Assembly: GCA_963693365.1 (NCBI GenBank)
Contig: CAVNZM010000005.1
Location: 5,091,167-5,155,166, forward strand
Length of the DNA stretch: 64,000 nucleotides
Source: Amoebidium appalachense
Taxonomy: Eukaryota; Protista; Ichthyosporea
Reading direction: 5' to 3'
This document shows, in pieces, positions 48,789-62,882 of this stretch. Within the stretch, counting starts at the first letter, position 1. Each line of letters starts with the position of its first letter. The position numbers and the translations under genes are program-made. The notes beneath the pieces were generated by a model. It had not been told where the DNA came from. It made no database searches and saw only the letters and a program-made list of their open reading frames with translations.

Positions 48789-49117
48789 CGTGCGCGGGAA
48801 TGTTTGTATGTGTGTCTATTTACATTTGTGTTGTGATGTTCAGAGGGGCCATTGGAATGAAGACCGGGGGGGGGGGGGGGGGGGGGGACTTTGGTCACTT
48901 GCCTTTGCAGTGACCGTGGCTGGGTGACAGAGAGCATTCATGACGACGTCATAGATACACATCCCATTGGCAGTGAGTTGGGTCTTTGTAAAAGTCATGA
49001 TGACGTCGTCATCCATGAACACCCCATTCTCGGTGAGAATGTTCTTTGTATCGGCAGCATTGGTATCAGCTTGGAACAACCTGTCATATAACGAAATATG
49101 GGGGTCATTTAATAAAC
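43365..49117 (-). CDS. Multi-exon gene of unknown function; 5' end unresolved (probably further exons toward 49.5-50.5 kb)
   Basis: Exon chain 49117-48903 (GC donor), 48191-48078, 47495-47351, 46056-46022, 45462-45422, 45164-45118, 44877-44764 (donor uncertain), 44503-44363, 43576-43365. It is phase-consistent if the donor after 44764 is used. Four exons are conserved in the paralogous pseudogene, with some synonymous changes in this frame. No family recognised. Confidence 0.6.
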
Positions 49118-49376
49118 CTTCGTGTTTTGGATGAAGGAGAAGCAATTAAAAAATGGTATAGGTCGGCAAAGACAGAAATAAACTGACTGAAATAAAAGAT
49201 GAGAGTATATGGTCGGGGCGGTGGAACGGTAAAAAAAATCGTAAGACCTCTTCAATCCCTCCCCTCCCCTCCCTCCCTCCCATTCCCCTTCCCCTTCCTT
49301 CCTTCCTTCCTTCCTTCTTCCCCCGTCCCCCCTCCCCCCCCCCCCTCCCCCCGCAATGCCCCCCCCCCCCCCCCCC

Positions 49377-49454
<78 letters not shown>

Positions 49455-52025
49455 AAAAAGAAAGTCCCCATCCCCACCCACCCTTTCCCCGTCTTTTCCT
49501 ACTGCTCTGCAGAGTGAAACCCAGTTCCGAGTCTTGGCATGAACAGAAACCACAAAATCTGAATTTAAAAAAGTACTAAATATCGTGATAGCTAATGGAT
49601 GAAGAGATAATTAGCGGGAATCCTGATTTGCTAGCTTGTCCATATCTCTATAACCAACACAAAACACATGATAATCTCAACACACACAGGCATGCACGCA
49701 GGCACGCATGCAGGCACACACACAATCATTGATTTGGATCTGTGGAGGAACATCTGTGCATTGATTTATGAGGTCTCGAGAGGGCGGGTGGCAAAAAAAA
49801 AAGGGGGGGGGGGGAGAGGGGGGGGAGGGGGTGGAGGAGGGGGGAGGGGGGGGGGGGGGGGGGTGGGGAGGGGGACCACGTGCCACCAACCCGGGAGGAG
49901 GGAGAGGCCCCACCACCCACCTGAAAGTGGGTGGGTCCCTCGGACTCCCTCCCTACCCTGGGGAGGGGCGGGGGGCGGGGGGGAGGGGGGAGGGGGGGGA
50001 AGGGGCCGGGAGGGGGTGGGGGGGAGGGCGGGGTGTCCGGCGGGGGGGGGGGGGGGGAAGGAGGGGAGGAAGGGGGGACACACACACCCCATAGGCTGCC
50101 ATCATGTGACTACAGTATATCGATCAGATGACCTTATCATATCACACACGCACACATGCACATTGCACACACGCACACACGCACGTGCACATGTACAAAC
50201 ACACATACACACTCACACATGCATATGCACACACACTCTCTCTCGTTCTGGCTCTCTCTCGCTGACACGCACAAGCAAGCACAGCCACAGACGCGCGGAC
50301 GCATGCGCACCCACATGTACACCGTATGCCACATGCCAGACATGCATACACACGCACATGCATGAGCTTACCGACAGTTGACGCCCTCGTGCACGTGGCT
50401 GTCGACGTCGGTGTGTGCGTGTGTCTGGTGTGTGCATGTGTAACGTATGTGCGTGCACGTGTGTGTGTGCCTGCACGCTCGTGTGTACAAGTGTGTGAGT
50501 TTGAGTGTGTACATTCTACACATGTGGGTGGCACTGTCGACTAGTGGTCACATGTGGCCAGTGCCACATGATGTGGGGCTGGGTTCATGACTCCCTGTAC
50601 GGCCACCAATAGGAAGCTTTACTTTATAGCTCTGTTTAGTCATACAACTCTTGTATCCTATTGGTCATTTACGCAATTTTCATTCTAACCAAATATAGTA
50701 ACCGAGCATCGGGGGGGCGCCGCCCCGCCGGCATCATTTCTGGGCTTTCCGAAGTAATAGTACTGCCTAAATAAAAGTGTAGCTATGTGTATAACCAATG
50801 AGAAGTCTCTTCATATTTAATGCGGCTTATTACAGTATGTTCTGTCTACATACATACACACCTACTTATAAAGGCTTAGCTCTTCTTCAAAACTAATTAT
50901 TAGTACTTGTGAGTAATGCCAGTGCATATATGGTCACGATGTTCAAGCGGAACTCCGTGTTCCACATTCCTTACATTCCAATCGCTTGGATTGGTTATCG
51001 TGCAGATCGCATTAGCCTATCATCCAGTGAACGCAAAGTTTGCAAACACTACATATTCCCTTTCAAACACTTCAACCGCTTTTTCTCGTCCCTTTCACAG
51101 CCAAGCAAAGAAAGGAAAAGTTTGGGGGAGTACGCGCTACTTATTTCTAAGAAGTTAGTAGAATATTGCCTGCGTCTGTTCTCTCTGTCTGTAGTTTTTA
51201 GCCTGGCATTTATAGACTTGACAACTCAACGTCGCCTAAAAACAACTCACTCGTAGGCATGCGTGTGCTCGGCCAAACGCAGACATATGCACACAGGCAC
51301 ATCGACTTCATGGTCATACACAACATGCACCTGTGTCACCTGGAGTGACCCGTTAATCTTTAAAAGAAAACAGAGAAAGTTACTCGTTTACCTTTCTATT
51401 TCTTGTAGGGTAACAATAGTTCGCGCTGTTTGTTGCATGCAAAAATGTCGCAACCGCAGGAAGACGTGTCTCTGCCTATGAGTGAGGTTTGACACCTCCC
51501 CCCTCCCCCCCCCCCCCCCCTCCCCCCTTCTTTCCCTCCCTTCTCCCCTCCCTCCCTCCCTAATCCTTTCCCCCCTCCTCCTCCCCACCTATTTCCAGCT
51601 TTCCTCCCCCCTTTTCTCTGTGTTCGGGGAAGAAACCTCTTGACCATATATGTGACGCTTTTAGACGCGTGCGTTCCCTGCCCCCTGCTCTGCTCCCTTC
51701 TTGGAAGGTTTCCCCCGCTCCCCCACCTTCCCGCCTGTCTACCTCCTCGCTCTAAGTTGAAGCGCCGGAGCTTTTACACCTAGTGGTCGAGCTCTCTTCC
51801 TTACGCTTTCTCCAATCCAACCAACTACACAGGAAGTTTGAATGGGCGCCCTTTCTTGTGTTTTGTTTCAAGCTACTGTTTCGTCTGTCGTACTTCTTTC
51901 GAGCTTGTTGGCAAGCCCCTTCACAAACAATTCTTACCATTCACCTGGTATAGAACATATGGTATACATGCAACACACCGAGCAGAAGGCGAAGGATTAT
52001 GCTGTGGTGTGTCGGCACACCCATT

Positions 52026-52059
<34 letters not shown>

Positions 52060-52339
52060 GGCGCGCGCGCGCGCACTCACACTCACACTCACACTCACTC
52101 ACTCAGCATGTTCCCCAATGCACGTACACACAACTTCGCTTCCATTCCTCACCTCCCCCCCCCCCCCCCCCCCCCCCTTCCCCTTTAAACTTCTACCCGA
52201 ATTCCCGTTGCCCTTATCTCTTCCCCCCCCCCCCCCCCCCTCCCCCCCCCTCTCCCGGCCTGCCTGCCCCGCGCGCGCCGCATCAGCCCCCTTGTTCGAT
52301 ATCATCTTACTCCTGTGTTCAAAACACCCATCATCAATC

Positions 52340-53308
52340 ATGTTGAAACGTGCTTTCATCATCAACCAGTTGCGGAGGGACCACACCACCGCAGACTTAC
52401 CCCAACCCGCACCACCCGACCAAGAAGGAAGCACAAAGCAGAAGGAGGCAGAGAAACCATCCACACAGTCCCAGGTCACTGTCCCCCCCTCCCCCCTCCC
52501 CCCCTCCCCCCCCCTCCCCCCCCCCCCCCCCCAACCACCTTGGCCATCACCACCAAAGACACACACACGCACACACACATACACACATACACAGAAGGCG
52601 CCGCACATTCACCTCCAGACTTACAAGAGGGGTTGAGTTTCCCCCAGGCAGAAACTGGGGGGAAGGAGGGAAGGGGGACGGGGGGAGGGGGAGGAGGGAT
52701 CGCCTCATTCTGCCTCTGCTCCCCCTTCCTTCCCCCTCCCCCCCCCCCCCCCCCCCCCCCCTCAAAATAAAGAAAATAAGAAAGATAGAAAAAGAAAAGG
52801 ATAAACCAAGGAAAAGAAGAAAAGGAAAACAACGACTAGAAGTACTTGTGTGTGTGTGTGTATGTAGAGGGGTGTGTGTGTGTGTGTGTGGTGGTGGATG
52901 GGAGAGGTTGGGGGGGAGGGTTGGAAGGAGAGGAGCGGGGATAGTGAGCGGAGGGGAGGGAGGGGGGTCTGGGCAAAAGGAAGAGTCTGAAAGTCGAAAA
53001 GAATTGATGAAGACTGCACAGTAGTGTTGTATCATCAATCGGGTGGTCGAACTGAGGGTGAGACATGGGTAAAAGCAAAGAGGGGGGGGGGGGGGGGGGT
53101 TTGGAGGGGGGAAGGGAGGGGGTTGGGGGGGGGGGGGGGGGGGGGGGGAGGGGGGGGGGGGCGGGGGATGCATGCTTACATGCTTTTGCATGCACACAAC
53201 AGAGATTGGGATGTGGGAAAAAAGAATGGTAAATGGAAGTGGAGACTAGGCTTACAGACACTACAGTGACACTACATGCAAAAAAGATGGTGTGTGTGTT
53301 TGGGGGGT

Positions 53309-53367
<59 letters not shown>

Positions 53368-53522
53368 GAGGTATGAGAGAGAGAGGAGAGGGGTTCGGGG
53401 CGGGCGGGGGGAAGGGTGGGGAGATCACCACACAATACGTTGTACAAATGCACACAGCGTGTTACTTCGTTCATGCTAGGAGATGGGTCGCATCCGTTCA
53501 GTGGTTGCACTTTCCATCCCCC

Positions 53523-53553
<31 letters not shown>

Positions 53554-54095
53554 ATATATATTTACCCCCTTCCCCCCCCCCCCCCCCCCCCCTCCTCCTC
53601 CCCCCCCCCCCTTTTTTATTGTTTAGCTTTCGCGACTCTTCTTCCCCCCCCCCCCCCCCCCCCCTGTCCGTGGCATATAATGTCCCCCCTTCCCCCCCCT
53701 CCCCCCTCACCCCCGGCTCTCTGTGCTTTTTCAATCCCCTCCCCCCTTTCCTGCTTTTTTCGCAAGGCATGTTGATTACGCCTTTTGTACCATGTTTGTC
53801 ATTTGGTGCTCCGGTGTCCTGTGTGCTTCACACCGAAATTCTAACAGTAACAACCCCCCCCCCCCCCCCCCCCCTCCTCTCTCTCCCCCCCCCCCCCCCC
53901 CTCCCCCCCCTCCCAATGTGCAGATATCCGACTGGACTCTGATGTTCAGTTACATTGTTGTGTGGTCGTATGTTGGTGTTCTAATACGGATATACACACA
54001 GCAGATAGCAGTACGTATCCATCCCCTCCTCCCACCCTCATCCCCACCCCTCCTTCTCTCTTTCTCCTCCCCCCCCCCCCCCCCCCCCCCCCCTT

Positions 54096-54129
<34 letters not shown>

Positions 54130-54467
54130 ATCATCATCACCACCAGTCACCCTTCCTCCGGCTCTTCGATGGTCAACACACTGCCCAGTACCTTTCGCAA
54201 AGCACATTGCCTCTATCTTCTTTTCTCGCTCTCCCTCTCCGATCTTCCCCCCCCTCGCTCCCCCCCCCCCCCCCCTCTCCCCCCCCCCTCCCCCCCCCCC
54301 CCCCCCCCCCCCCCCCTCCCCTCGCGTTGCTTTGGTAGCCTCCATAACTCCCCTCGCCTTCCCCCCTTCCTCCGGGAATCCCCCCTCTTTCTGCCTGTTC
54401 TCTCTCTCTCGCTTGCAAGTTTTCTCCCTTCCTCCTTCGTCCCATCTGTCTAATATGTCTCCACCTA

Positions 54468-54513
<46 letters not shown>

Positions 54514-54544
54514 ATCTCCCTCAAACTCTCCCCTCCCTCCCCCC

Positions 54545-54576
<32 letters not shown>

Positions 54577-54732
54577 ACCACCACCACCACCCCTCCCCCC
54601 ACTAAATTATCCATTAACTATCATGGCCACCACCACCGCAATCCTCCCGAACGAAATCACATAAGCTGCTAATAAAGTACAACTGGAAACAGCACAATCT
54701 TGCGCAGACACACACAGACGCGCGCGCGCGCA

Positions 54733-54807
<75 letters not shown>

Positions 54808-55424
54808 CACACACACACACACACATACACACAAACACACACACACATACGCACACACACACGCACACAAACACACACTCAGACACCCCTGTGCACACAC
54901 GCATCTGTAATCATTTCACACATGTCACACGTGTGTGTGCGAAGGCACACACCCACCCACCCACACCCACACCCACTATTACTCACACTCACACGCTCTC
55001 ACTCACACTTTCGATGCACATACACATCTTCACACTCAAAAAATACACACGTACACGAACATAAACAAATGTACACACACACAAGCACACACACACACCC
55101 TCAATCCCACACCCACACCCACCCATGCACACACACACACCCACACCCAAACACACCCACACCCACCCATGCACACACACACACCCACACCCAAACACAC
55201 CCACACCCACCCACCCACACACACCCACACACCCACACCCACACTTGCCCATATCCACACACACACACATACGCACACACCCACACACCCACACACACAC
55301 ACAGAAATACACGAGCACAGAGTTCTTTGCAGCTCTTTATGCCCAGGTCATTGGCTGCCTCTGTATGGGCTTCATTCTAATGCACAAAGACGCCATCAAC
55401 CCAAAGTACCCCCCCCCCCTCCCC

Positions 55425-55463
<39 letters not shown>

Positions 55464-55597
55464 CCCCATCCCCGCCCACCCCCAAGAGGATGGGCTCTGC
55501 TTAATCTGCACACTCTTTGTGTGGTTTGCACTCTGCATGGTGGTGTCCGTGATGAATGTGTAATGAGTACTCTATGACACATTCTATCTCCCCTCTT

Positions 55598-55637
<40 letters not shown>

Positions 55638-56306
55638 TATTCCTTTCCTTGTGTGCGCAAGAACATGAAAACACACACCCAGCACCATACAAAGTGTCCG
55701 AGTGCTTATATACTAAACATCGTCCGTGTAAGTTTACACAATCCCATTCACGCTCGGTGCCAGCCCCGATGGTAATTAGTATTAGTGGCGACATCCTGCA
55801 TCGTTGGTGTTTGATTTCAGATTTCTCTTTTCTCTCCTTGAAACAACCCATGGCAAACTATTGTCACAGACTTTGCCATGAGCCACTTTACGTGCCATTG
55901 GTGAAGGGGGGCAAACAAATAATTGACTGCTAATCTCATTGGTCATTTTTAAGCCGTTTGATTGGAGCGCCTTCAATATGGAAGTCAAATTTCGAAGTTC
56001 ATTGGCCAATGCAAATCGATTTGCCGGGCTCTCAAATGATTGGATGCAGTGAGAGCGCTCCAATCAAACGTGTTTGCCGCGCTCTCCAATGCAAGTTTTT
56101 AAATGGAGCGCCTTTAATTAGGCAATCCGGATTACAAAAATGATTGGTTGTCGGCAAACCTGTAAGGACCACGTGAGCCTTGAAAGTCTGTGACAATAGC
56201 CTGGGATGCACACACACACACACACGCACACACTCACAGTCACACGCACACGCACGCACACGCACGCGCACGCACAGGCACAAGCACACACACACAGACA
56301 CACACA

Positions 56307-56358
<52 letters not shown>

Positions 56359-56534
56359 CGAACACAACACGGTGTTTCCATATTATAAACTGGTCGTCAC
56401 GGAACTCCCTTTTCCTTAGTCTCTTGCCAGGCTCACGGGCTTATTCCCCCCCCCCCCCCCCCTCCCCCCCCCCCCCCCCCCCTCTCTCCCCTTCCCCCCC
56501 CCCCGTGCCCCCCGTGCCCCCTCTCCCCCCTCCC

Positions 56535-56565
<31 letters not shown>

Positions 56566-57015
56566 GCAGGCACCCAGCGCTCTACATAGGCCTAGGCACG
56601 GCACTGTGCGGCAGCTGCACGACATTTTCTAGTTGGATGGCTGAAGCCGTGGAATTAGTAGTCGGATACCCGGGCAGTGTATACGTTAATGATAGCAACG
56701 CTTATAGGGTGTTATCGTACTTTACGATATTGTGGTTGGGTTTTGCGGCTCCTATGGGGATATTCTTTTTTGGAAAGGATTTGGCGGTGGGGGTGTCTCC
56801 TTTTGTGAAGAAACCGGTACCGGATGTGGCTTATAAAGGTGAGTGGGTGCATGTGGGTGTGTGTTTGGGTGGTGGTGGTGGTGGTGGGGGGGGGGGGGGG
56901 GGGGGGGGGAAGGTGGAGGGAGGAATGGGGGGAGGGGGAGGGGAGTAGGTTGCGGGTTGTGGGTGGATGGGTGGGTGGGTGGGTGGATGGATGGGTGGGT
57001 GGGTGTGCGCGCGCG

Positions 57016-57088
<73 letters not shown>

Positions 57089-57095
57089 TGCGTGC

Positions 57096-57148
<53 letters not shown>

Positions 57149-57410
57149 CGTGTGTGTGTGTGTGTGTGTGTCTTGTGTGAGTGAGTATGTGTGCATATGT
57201 GTGTGCATGTTTGTTGGGGTGAGGGGATGTCAGTAATCGTGCACGTTGGGGAGCATTTATGTTATTCTTCAGTCGTTCCGTTGTGTGTGTGAGCATGCAC
57301 GTGTAGTTCTGCAAATGGGTGTGATCGGTGGGATCAACTCTTTGCATCATACCCCCACCCCTCTCCCCTCCGCTCCCCCTCTAAGAACCCTCTTCTCACC
57401 CTTCCCCCCC

Positions 57411-57441
<31 letters not shown>

Positions 57442-58424
57442 ACACCACCACCACCACCACCACCACCAACCACCCCCTCCCCCTAGCCACCCCTCCACAG
57501 ACTTCTCTATGAACGGTGATGGCCCCCTGAAAACCCCCCCTTCCCCCCCCCACCCCACCCCCGCAGCCCCGCCCCCCGGGTCATGCATACTCTGTGTTCT
57601 CCCCCCCCCCCCCCCCCTTTTTTTTTTTTTTTTAAAAAAAAAAAAAAGCCTCTTCCTTGTATTGTCCGTTGGAACGCTATTCATGGCAATAACACGTTCT
57701 AACCTCCCCCCCCCCCCCCCCCCCCCCCCTAATTAAAAAAAAAACAAAAAAAACCTGCAGGCACATTTGGGCGTCTACTCGACCTCTACTGCCAGCATGA
57801 GTACCCACTGGCCCTCACCCAGTGTGTGGTGGTGGTTGGACTCTGTCTGATCCTGCTTGGTGGCTATGAACAGTGGGGCACATTCTTTGCTCTCGTCACA
57901 GGCCCGTTTGGTGAGTAGATCCATTATATGATTCTTGGTTACATGTGCACATTGACTACGCGCACAAGCAATCACACGAGCACACACGGACACATGCACG
58001 GACGCTTGCATATGTGCACACATAGACATGCATGCATGCACGGACGCTTGCATATGTGCACACATAGACATGCATGCATGCACGGACACTTGCATATGTG
58101 CACACATAGACATGCATGCATGCACGGGCGAGCACGCAGGTACACGGGCACGGCCGGGGTGCCTGCACAGATACACCCACGGCCACGCAAGCACATGCCT
58201 GCTTATGCACGCAGACACACAAATGTAAACACTCAAGTGCTCGCCCTCTTTTGTAGCCAGCCGTTCCCGCCTCCACCACGCAAAACTTAGGCAATCCTAA
58301 TCTTTGCTTTCCCTCTCCCAGACATGCACACACGTGCGCCGGGGATAATGCACCATGCACACCTATGGGCACACAGACACACACACAGACACACACACAC
58401 ACTGAATCCATCCCCCCCTCCCCC

Positions 58425-58455
<31 letters not shown>

Positions 58456-58881
58456 AAAAAAAAAAAAAACCACCACCATCAGCACCTCCTTCTCCTCCCA
58501 AACTACCACCATTCTTAGGTTCTTCGCTATGTAGTGCTCTTTTATATTGCGATGATCGATAGAAATTATAGAGAAAGCGTGATAGATAGCTCAGTGTTAG
58601 AAATATGCACGCAAGAAAACACTTGGTGGATTTCCTAATAAGAGGACACATGTCCACTTCAGGCACACTGCTCCGCTACTATCTGGGCAAGTATCTCAAC
58701 CAATCAGAAAGACCCTACGGCACCTTTGCGGCCAATATGTTGGGCTGTGCCATTTACGGCATAGTCCTTGTGTGGAAGAAGGAGACTAACTACAGCACTG
58801 TGTATGTGCTCTCTTCCCTACATCTCTCCGTCTAATATCATATCCTCTCCTCCCCCACTCCCCGGTACACACACACGCACG

Positions 58882-58971
<90 letters not shown>

Positions 58972-59493
58972 CACACACACGGGGAGCAAGAGGTGGCAGA
59001 AGGCCTGAATCTCCCAATCTATCACTTGAGTTGTGATTCCGAGATCTTTTTTCCCACATTACTATCTATGTCTCGCACATTTTGTAGGAGGCCGCTTATT
59101 TGGTCAAAAGTAATGTAATGTCCACAATATCTTTTTTCACACGATAGAGAAAAATCAGAAATACTTTTCACATTGCACCACAGTACGCTTTTGGGCCTGG
59201 TGGTCTAGCTGTTTTGCATATACCCACCCATGTGTCACACTGTTAGAGGCGAGTTTCGTCACATCATTTGGTCGTTTTAGGTTAATATCTGCCATATATG
59301 CGGCTACCTGGTTTCGAAATTTTCTGAAGACTATTGCACTTACACTTGATACTCTGTGTAACTATTAGTCTATATGACGCATACCCACTCACACGTCACA
59401 CTTTCAGGGGTGCTGCCGTATTGGATGGCATCGACAATGGCTTTTGCGGTGCCCTCACCACCGTGTCTACCTTTGTTTGTAGGCTCTCTCTCC

Positions 59494-59535
<42 letters not shown>

Positions 59536-60286
59536 ACACACACACACAATAACACACACACACACACGGACAGGCACACACAGGCACACACAGGCACACG
59601 AAATACAACCCCAAATTCTACTACTAGCCCTCCACCTCCCCACCCCTTTAGCCCTTTAGCGCCCTCCCGGTGAGCACAGGCACATAAACTAGTCAACGTT
59701 GCCCTCCTCCCCCTCTTCCCCCCTCCCCCCCCCCCCCCTTCCAGACCGCTTTACTTCCATGCAACCGGGCATGGTTGCTCTGTGTCGTGCATCTGTAAGC
59801 ACATACGCATTTTTCGCTGCACTGCTTTAGTTTGCACACACATCTTCACCGTTTTGCTCACCTTGCTTGCATATATATGCAATCCTGCTCGTCTTTGATC
59901 AAGACGGGTTGACCCTCCCAAGTTCAGTTGATGCTGCTGTCTGAGTTGGAGAGTCGTATATACGCGGGCTAAGGGGTCGAAACTCAGACGCAATTGATGA
60001 CTTGGGCCCTCCCTGAGGATGGGCTCTGCTTATGACGCATACTGTGCGCATGGCTGATGTTACATACTCGAATGTTTGCCTTTGCAGGACCCCCCCCCCC
60101 AAACCCCACCCCACCCCTACCACCACCACCACCACCACCACCACCATCACCCAAGGGGGGCCATTTTTGAGTGGTTTTGTCGGAATGAGCTTGTAGTAGT
60201 TCATAGAAGACTCCTTATACAAACACTTAGTGCACCCATAAGTGTACCCTCAGTACCCTGACGACGTCCACCCACGTCATTGTTTT

Positions 60287-60353
<67 letters not shown>

Positions 60354-60743
60354 CCCCTTCTCTTTACCGCTGTTACGGCCTTCCAAAAAGAACGGAATAT
60401 TGTACATACACACCCATCCCTGCTTGCTGCCCCCCACCCCCCCCACCCCCCCACCCCCCCCCCTCCCTCCCTCCCCCCACCGCCACCACCACCACCACCA
60501 CCAATTTTCCTATACACACTAGCGCGGTTCGTATGTGCGCGTGCGCACATGCAAACACACACACACACACACACACGCACGCACATTTCCAACATGCACA
60601 CGTACTCATCCACATGCAAACCTGCAGCGGAACTCACCACCCTCAAGAGGCCCAACGCCTATCTCTATGCGGTGGTGTCAGTGGTTGGGGGGCAGCTGAT
60701 CATGCTGATAACTATTGGCGTGTACACGTGGGTGACTTTCTAA
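52340..60743 (+). CDS. FEX1: Fluoride export channel, eukaryotic FEX-type (two fused CrcB/Fluc domains)
   Basis: Exons 53924-54010, 55305-55405, 56570-56838, (57501-57515), 57761-57910, 58663-58801, 59408-59478 and 60628-60743 are phase-consistent. Domain 1 has [15 protein letters not shown] and [16 protein letters not shown]. Domain 2 has [23 protein letters not shown] and [15 protein letters not shown]. The upstream exons 52340-52474 and 52595-52631 are less certain (1-nt phase mismatch). Confidence 0.9.
57993..58127. repeat. 42-bp minisatellite, about 3 copies, in a FEX intron
   Basis: Unit CATGCACGGACGCTTGCATATGTGCACACATAGACATGCATG repeated three times, with one substitution. Confidence 0.85.
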
Positions 60744-62836
60744 ATTTGACAACTATGTCGTAACCAAATTTAGGTCATGCTCGCAGAGGAATGATGTCTT
60801 CTAGGAACTTGAAGAAGGCTTTTTTATTGAGTACAGATGTGGCTGGTGGTAGCCGGTGTTGGTTATGGGTGGCTAAATATATATAGTTGTCCTGTAGACT
60901 GGTTGGTTGGGCCTGCGAATGATCTTTCCCGAATATGGCAATAATCTGATTTAGAATGTTTATGCAATATATAGTTAGTCAAAAGCTGCTCTTCAGTGTG
61001 CCGTATTTGACTATACATCTAGCACGAGCGAGTTTGAAGTTGGTAAAATAATATTATATTAGGGGCCAATTTGCAGTTGGAACACGTATGTACATAATAT
61101 CCTGTTTCAAAAATACTTTTTTTCATTGTAATGACGTTTTGTAGCAGTGGCTTTAATCCCCAGGGATTACGGATGTAAATGTGAACGCCCTTTTTAGTGT
61201 ATGTCACAGTATCAGAGGTGAAATTTCGTATGATATATCGGTAATGTTTTGTACTAATATGAGGAAAATGCTAAGTGCTGTTGTGCGGTATAAATAAAAC
61301 AAACAAAAAAGTAGGAAGATATATTGTACATGTCCTGGTTGGATGGTCGATAAAATTCAGACTCGTCGTTCAATCGAAAGTTTAAGGCCCTTAAGATTTG
61401 CCAAATAAATGAATTTTCGTGAAAGAGACAAAGCACACTACGGTTATGCCACAACGGGTACAGCTCAGGGCGTGTTCGGCCCTGAATACGTCTTTTCATA
61501 GTACACATGCATATTCCAGGAATAATTTTCGAGTTACGAATAGGAAAAATAACTACCAAACACGCAAAAGAACTCCTAAAGAGGAAGACGGCGACCATCC
61601 AAATATTACATACATACGGTGAGTCCGGGCGGGGGGGGGGGGGGGGGGGGGGGGGGGGATGTTCGTAATCGGTGTCTGTGACGTCCTTGTGTGTACAAAC
61701 TGCCGCGTAGAAAAAATGAGCGTGAATGAATGATAGTGGGTCCGGACTGCAAAAGGGGAAGCAAAAGCTGCGTAGGATTGTGTATATGCCTAGCGGCGTG
61801 TGGGTGTGTGCGCTGTGCGTGTGGGAGGGGAGGAGGGGGGAAGGGGATTGTGCGGTACGTATATGGTGTATGTGCGCATGTGAGGCTGGCAAGCTTGGAA
61901 CAGGGGGAAGGGCAACAAAGTGATATACATGTAAAGCCTGTACAGTACAAAGAAAACGAACACCAGTAATAATACATACACCGGAAGGCGCCCCGGGGGG
62001 TGGGGGGGATGACGCCGCGCGTTATAGTCCCCCTTCCCCCCACGATGTCACCGATTTGGGGTCTCGGGCACGATTTGAACACGGACACATACCGATATAA
62101 CATCCTCCACGATATACCGCCCCCCCTCCCGAGCGTAACCAGGGGAGGTGTTATATCGAGCAGTGACCGTATCACTAAAGCTAGGTGGGGCCCCAAATTT
62201 ATACGTGGGCATACACTGGATATGTTGCGATATGCTGAATGGCAAGGAGATTTTTTTCCAGCACTAAGCGTTGCCCACAAAAAAATGATGGGCATCTTTG
62301 AGTGCCTGTGCAGTGAGACCTATGTGCCATTATTGTGTTATCAACCACGGATAAGCAAGGTCGGCCTATGAGGGGCACACCAAGAAACACCAAGAGATGT
62401 ATGAACCTACCTGGCCTAACACAACCGTATGTGCAAACAACAAAGCGTGAAGCGTCTGAACGGCGGTGTGTGACTGTGTGTGTGTCTGGAAGGGGGGGGG
62501 AGGGGAGGGGGAAGGAGGAGAGAGAGTTTGAACGAAGTACTGAAACTGTAGTTCTGAGGTTGTGTTCCAAGACAGTTTATTAGTTGAGCCAGCATAGTGG
62601 CTTCTTCCACACTTCCAGCGGCAGAACATCGATCTTGAGCCTGTAAACGAGTTTGCAGTTAGCACACAGTCAGCAGGGTTACCAAGGAATTATAAACACG
62701 GAAAAGGGTAGAAAGTGGCCATCAGATCTTCCTATCACCATCACACAAGTCCTATATTATTTTTAGGCTTGTCACGTGAAAAGTTCGAATCACTTGGCCA
62801 GCTACAACTGAAAATATGAAAAAAGCATGCAAGGAA

Positions 62837-62882
<46 letters not shown>

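Noticed and set aside
50909-51256. 115-aa ORF between the divergent unknown gene and FEX
   Set aside because: No motif or splice support; it lies in a probable divergent promoter or UTR region.
57993-58127. Regular 42-bp repeats as a CRISPR-like array
   Set aside because: The units are head-to-tail with no unique spacers, in a eukaryotic intron, with no cas genes.
61254-62660. Possible minus-strand exons (62640-62540, 61481-61330) and plus ORF 62000-62371
   Set aside because: Several frames are open, there is no phase-consistent chain and no known motif, so no gene call can be supported.
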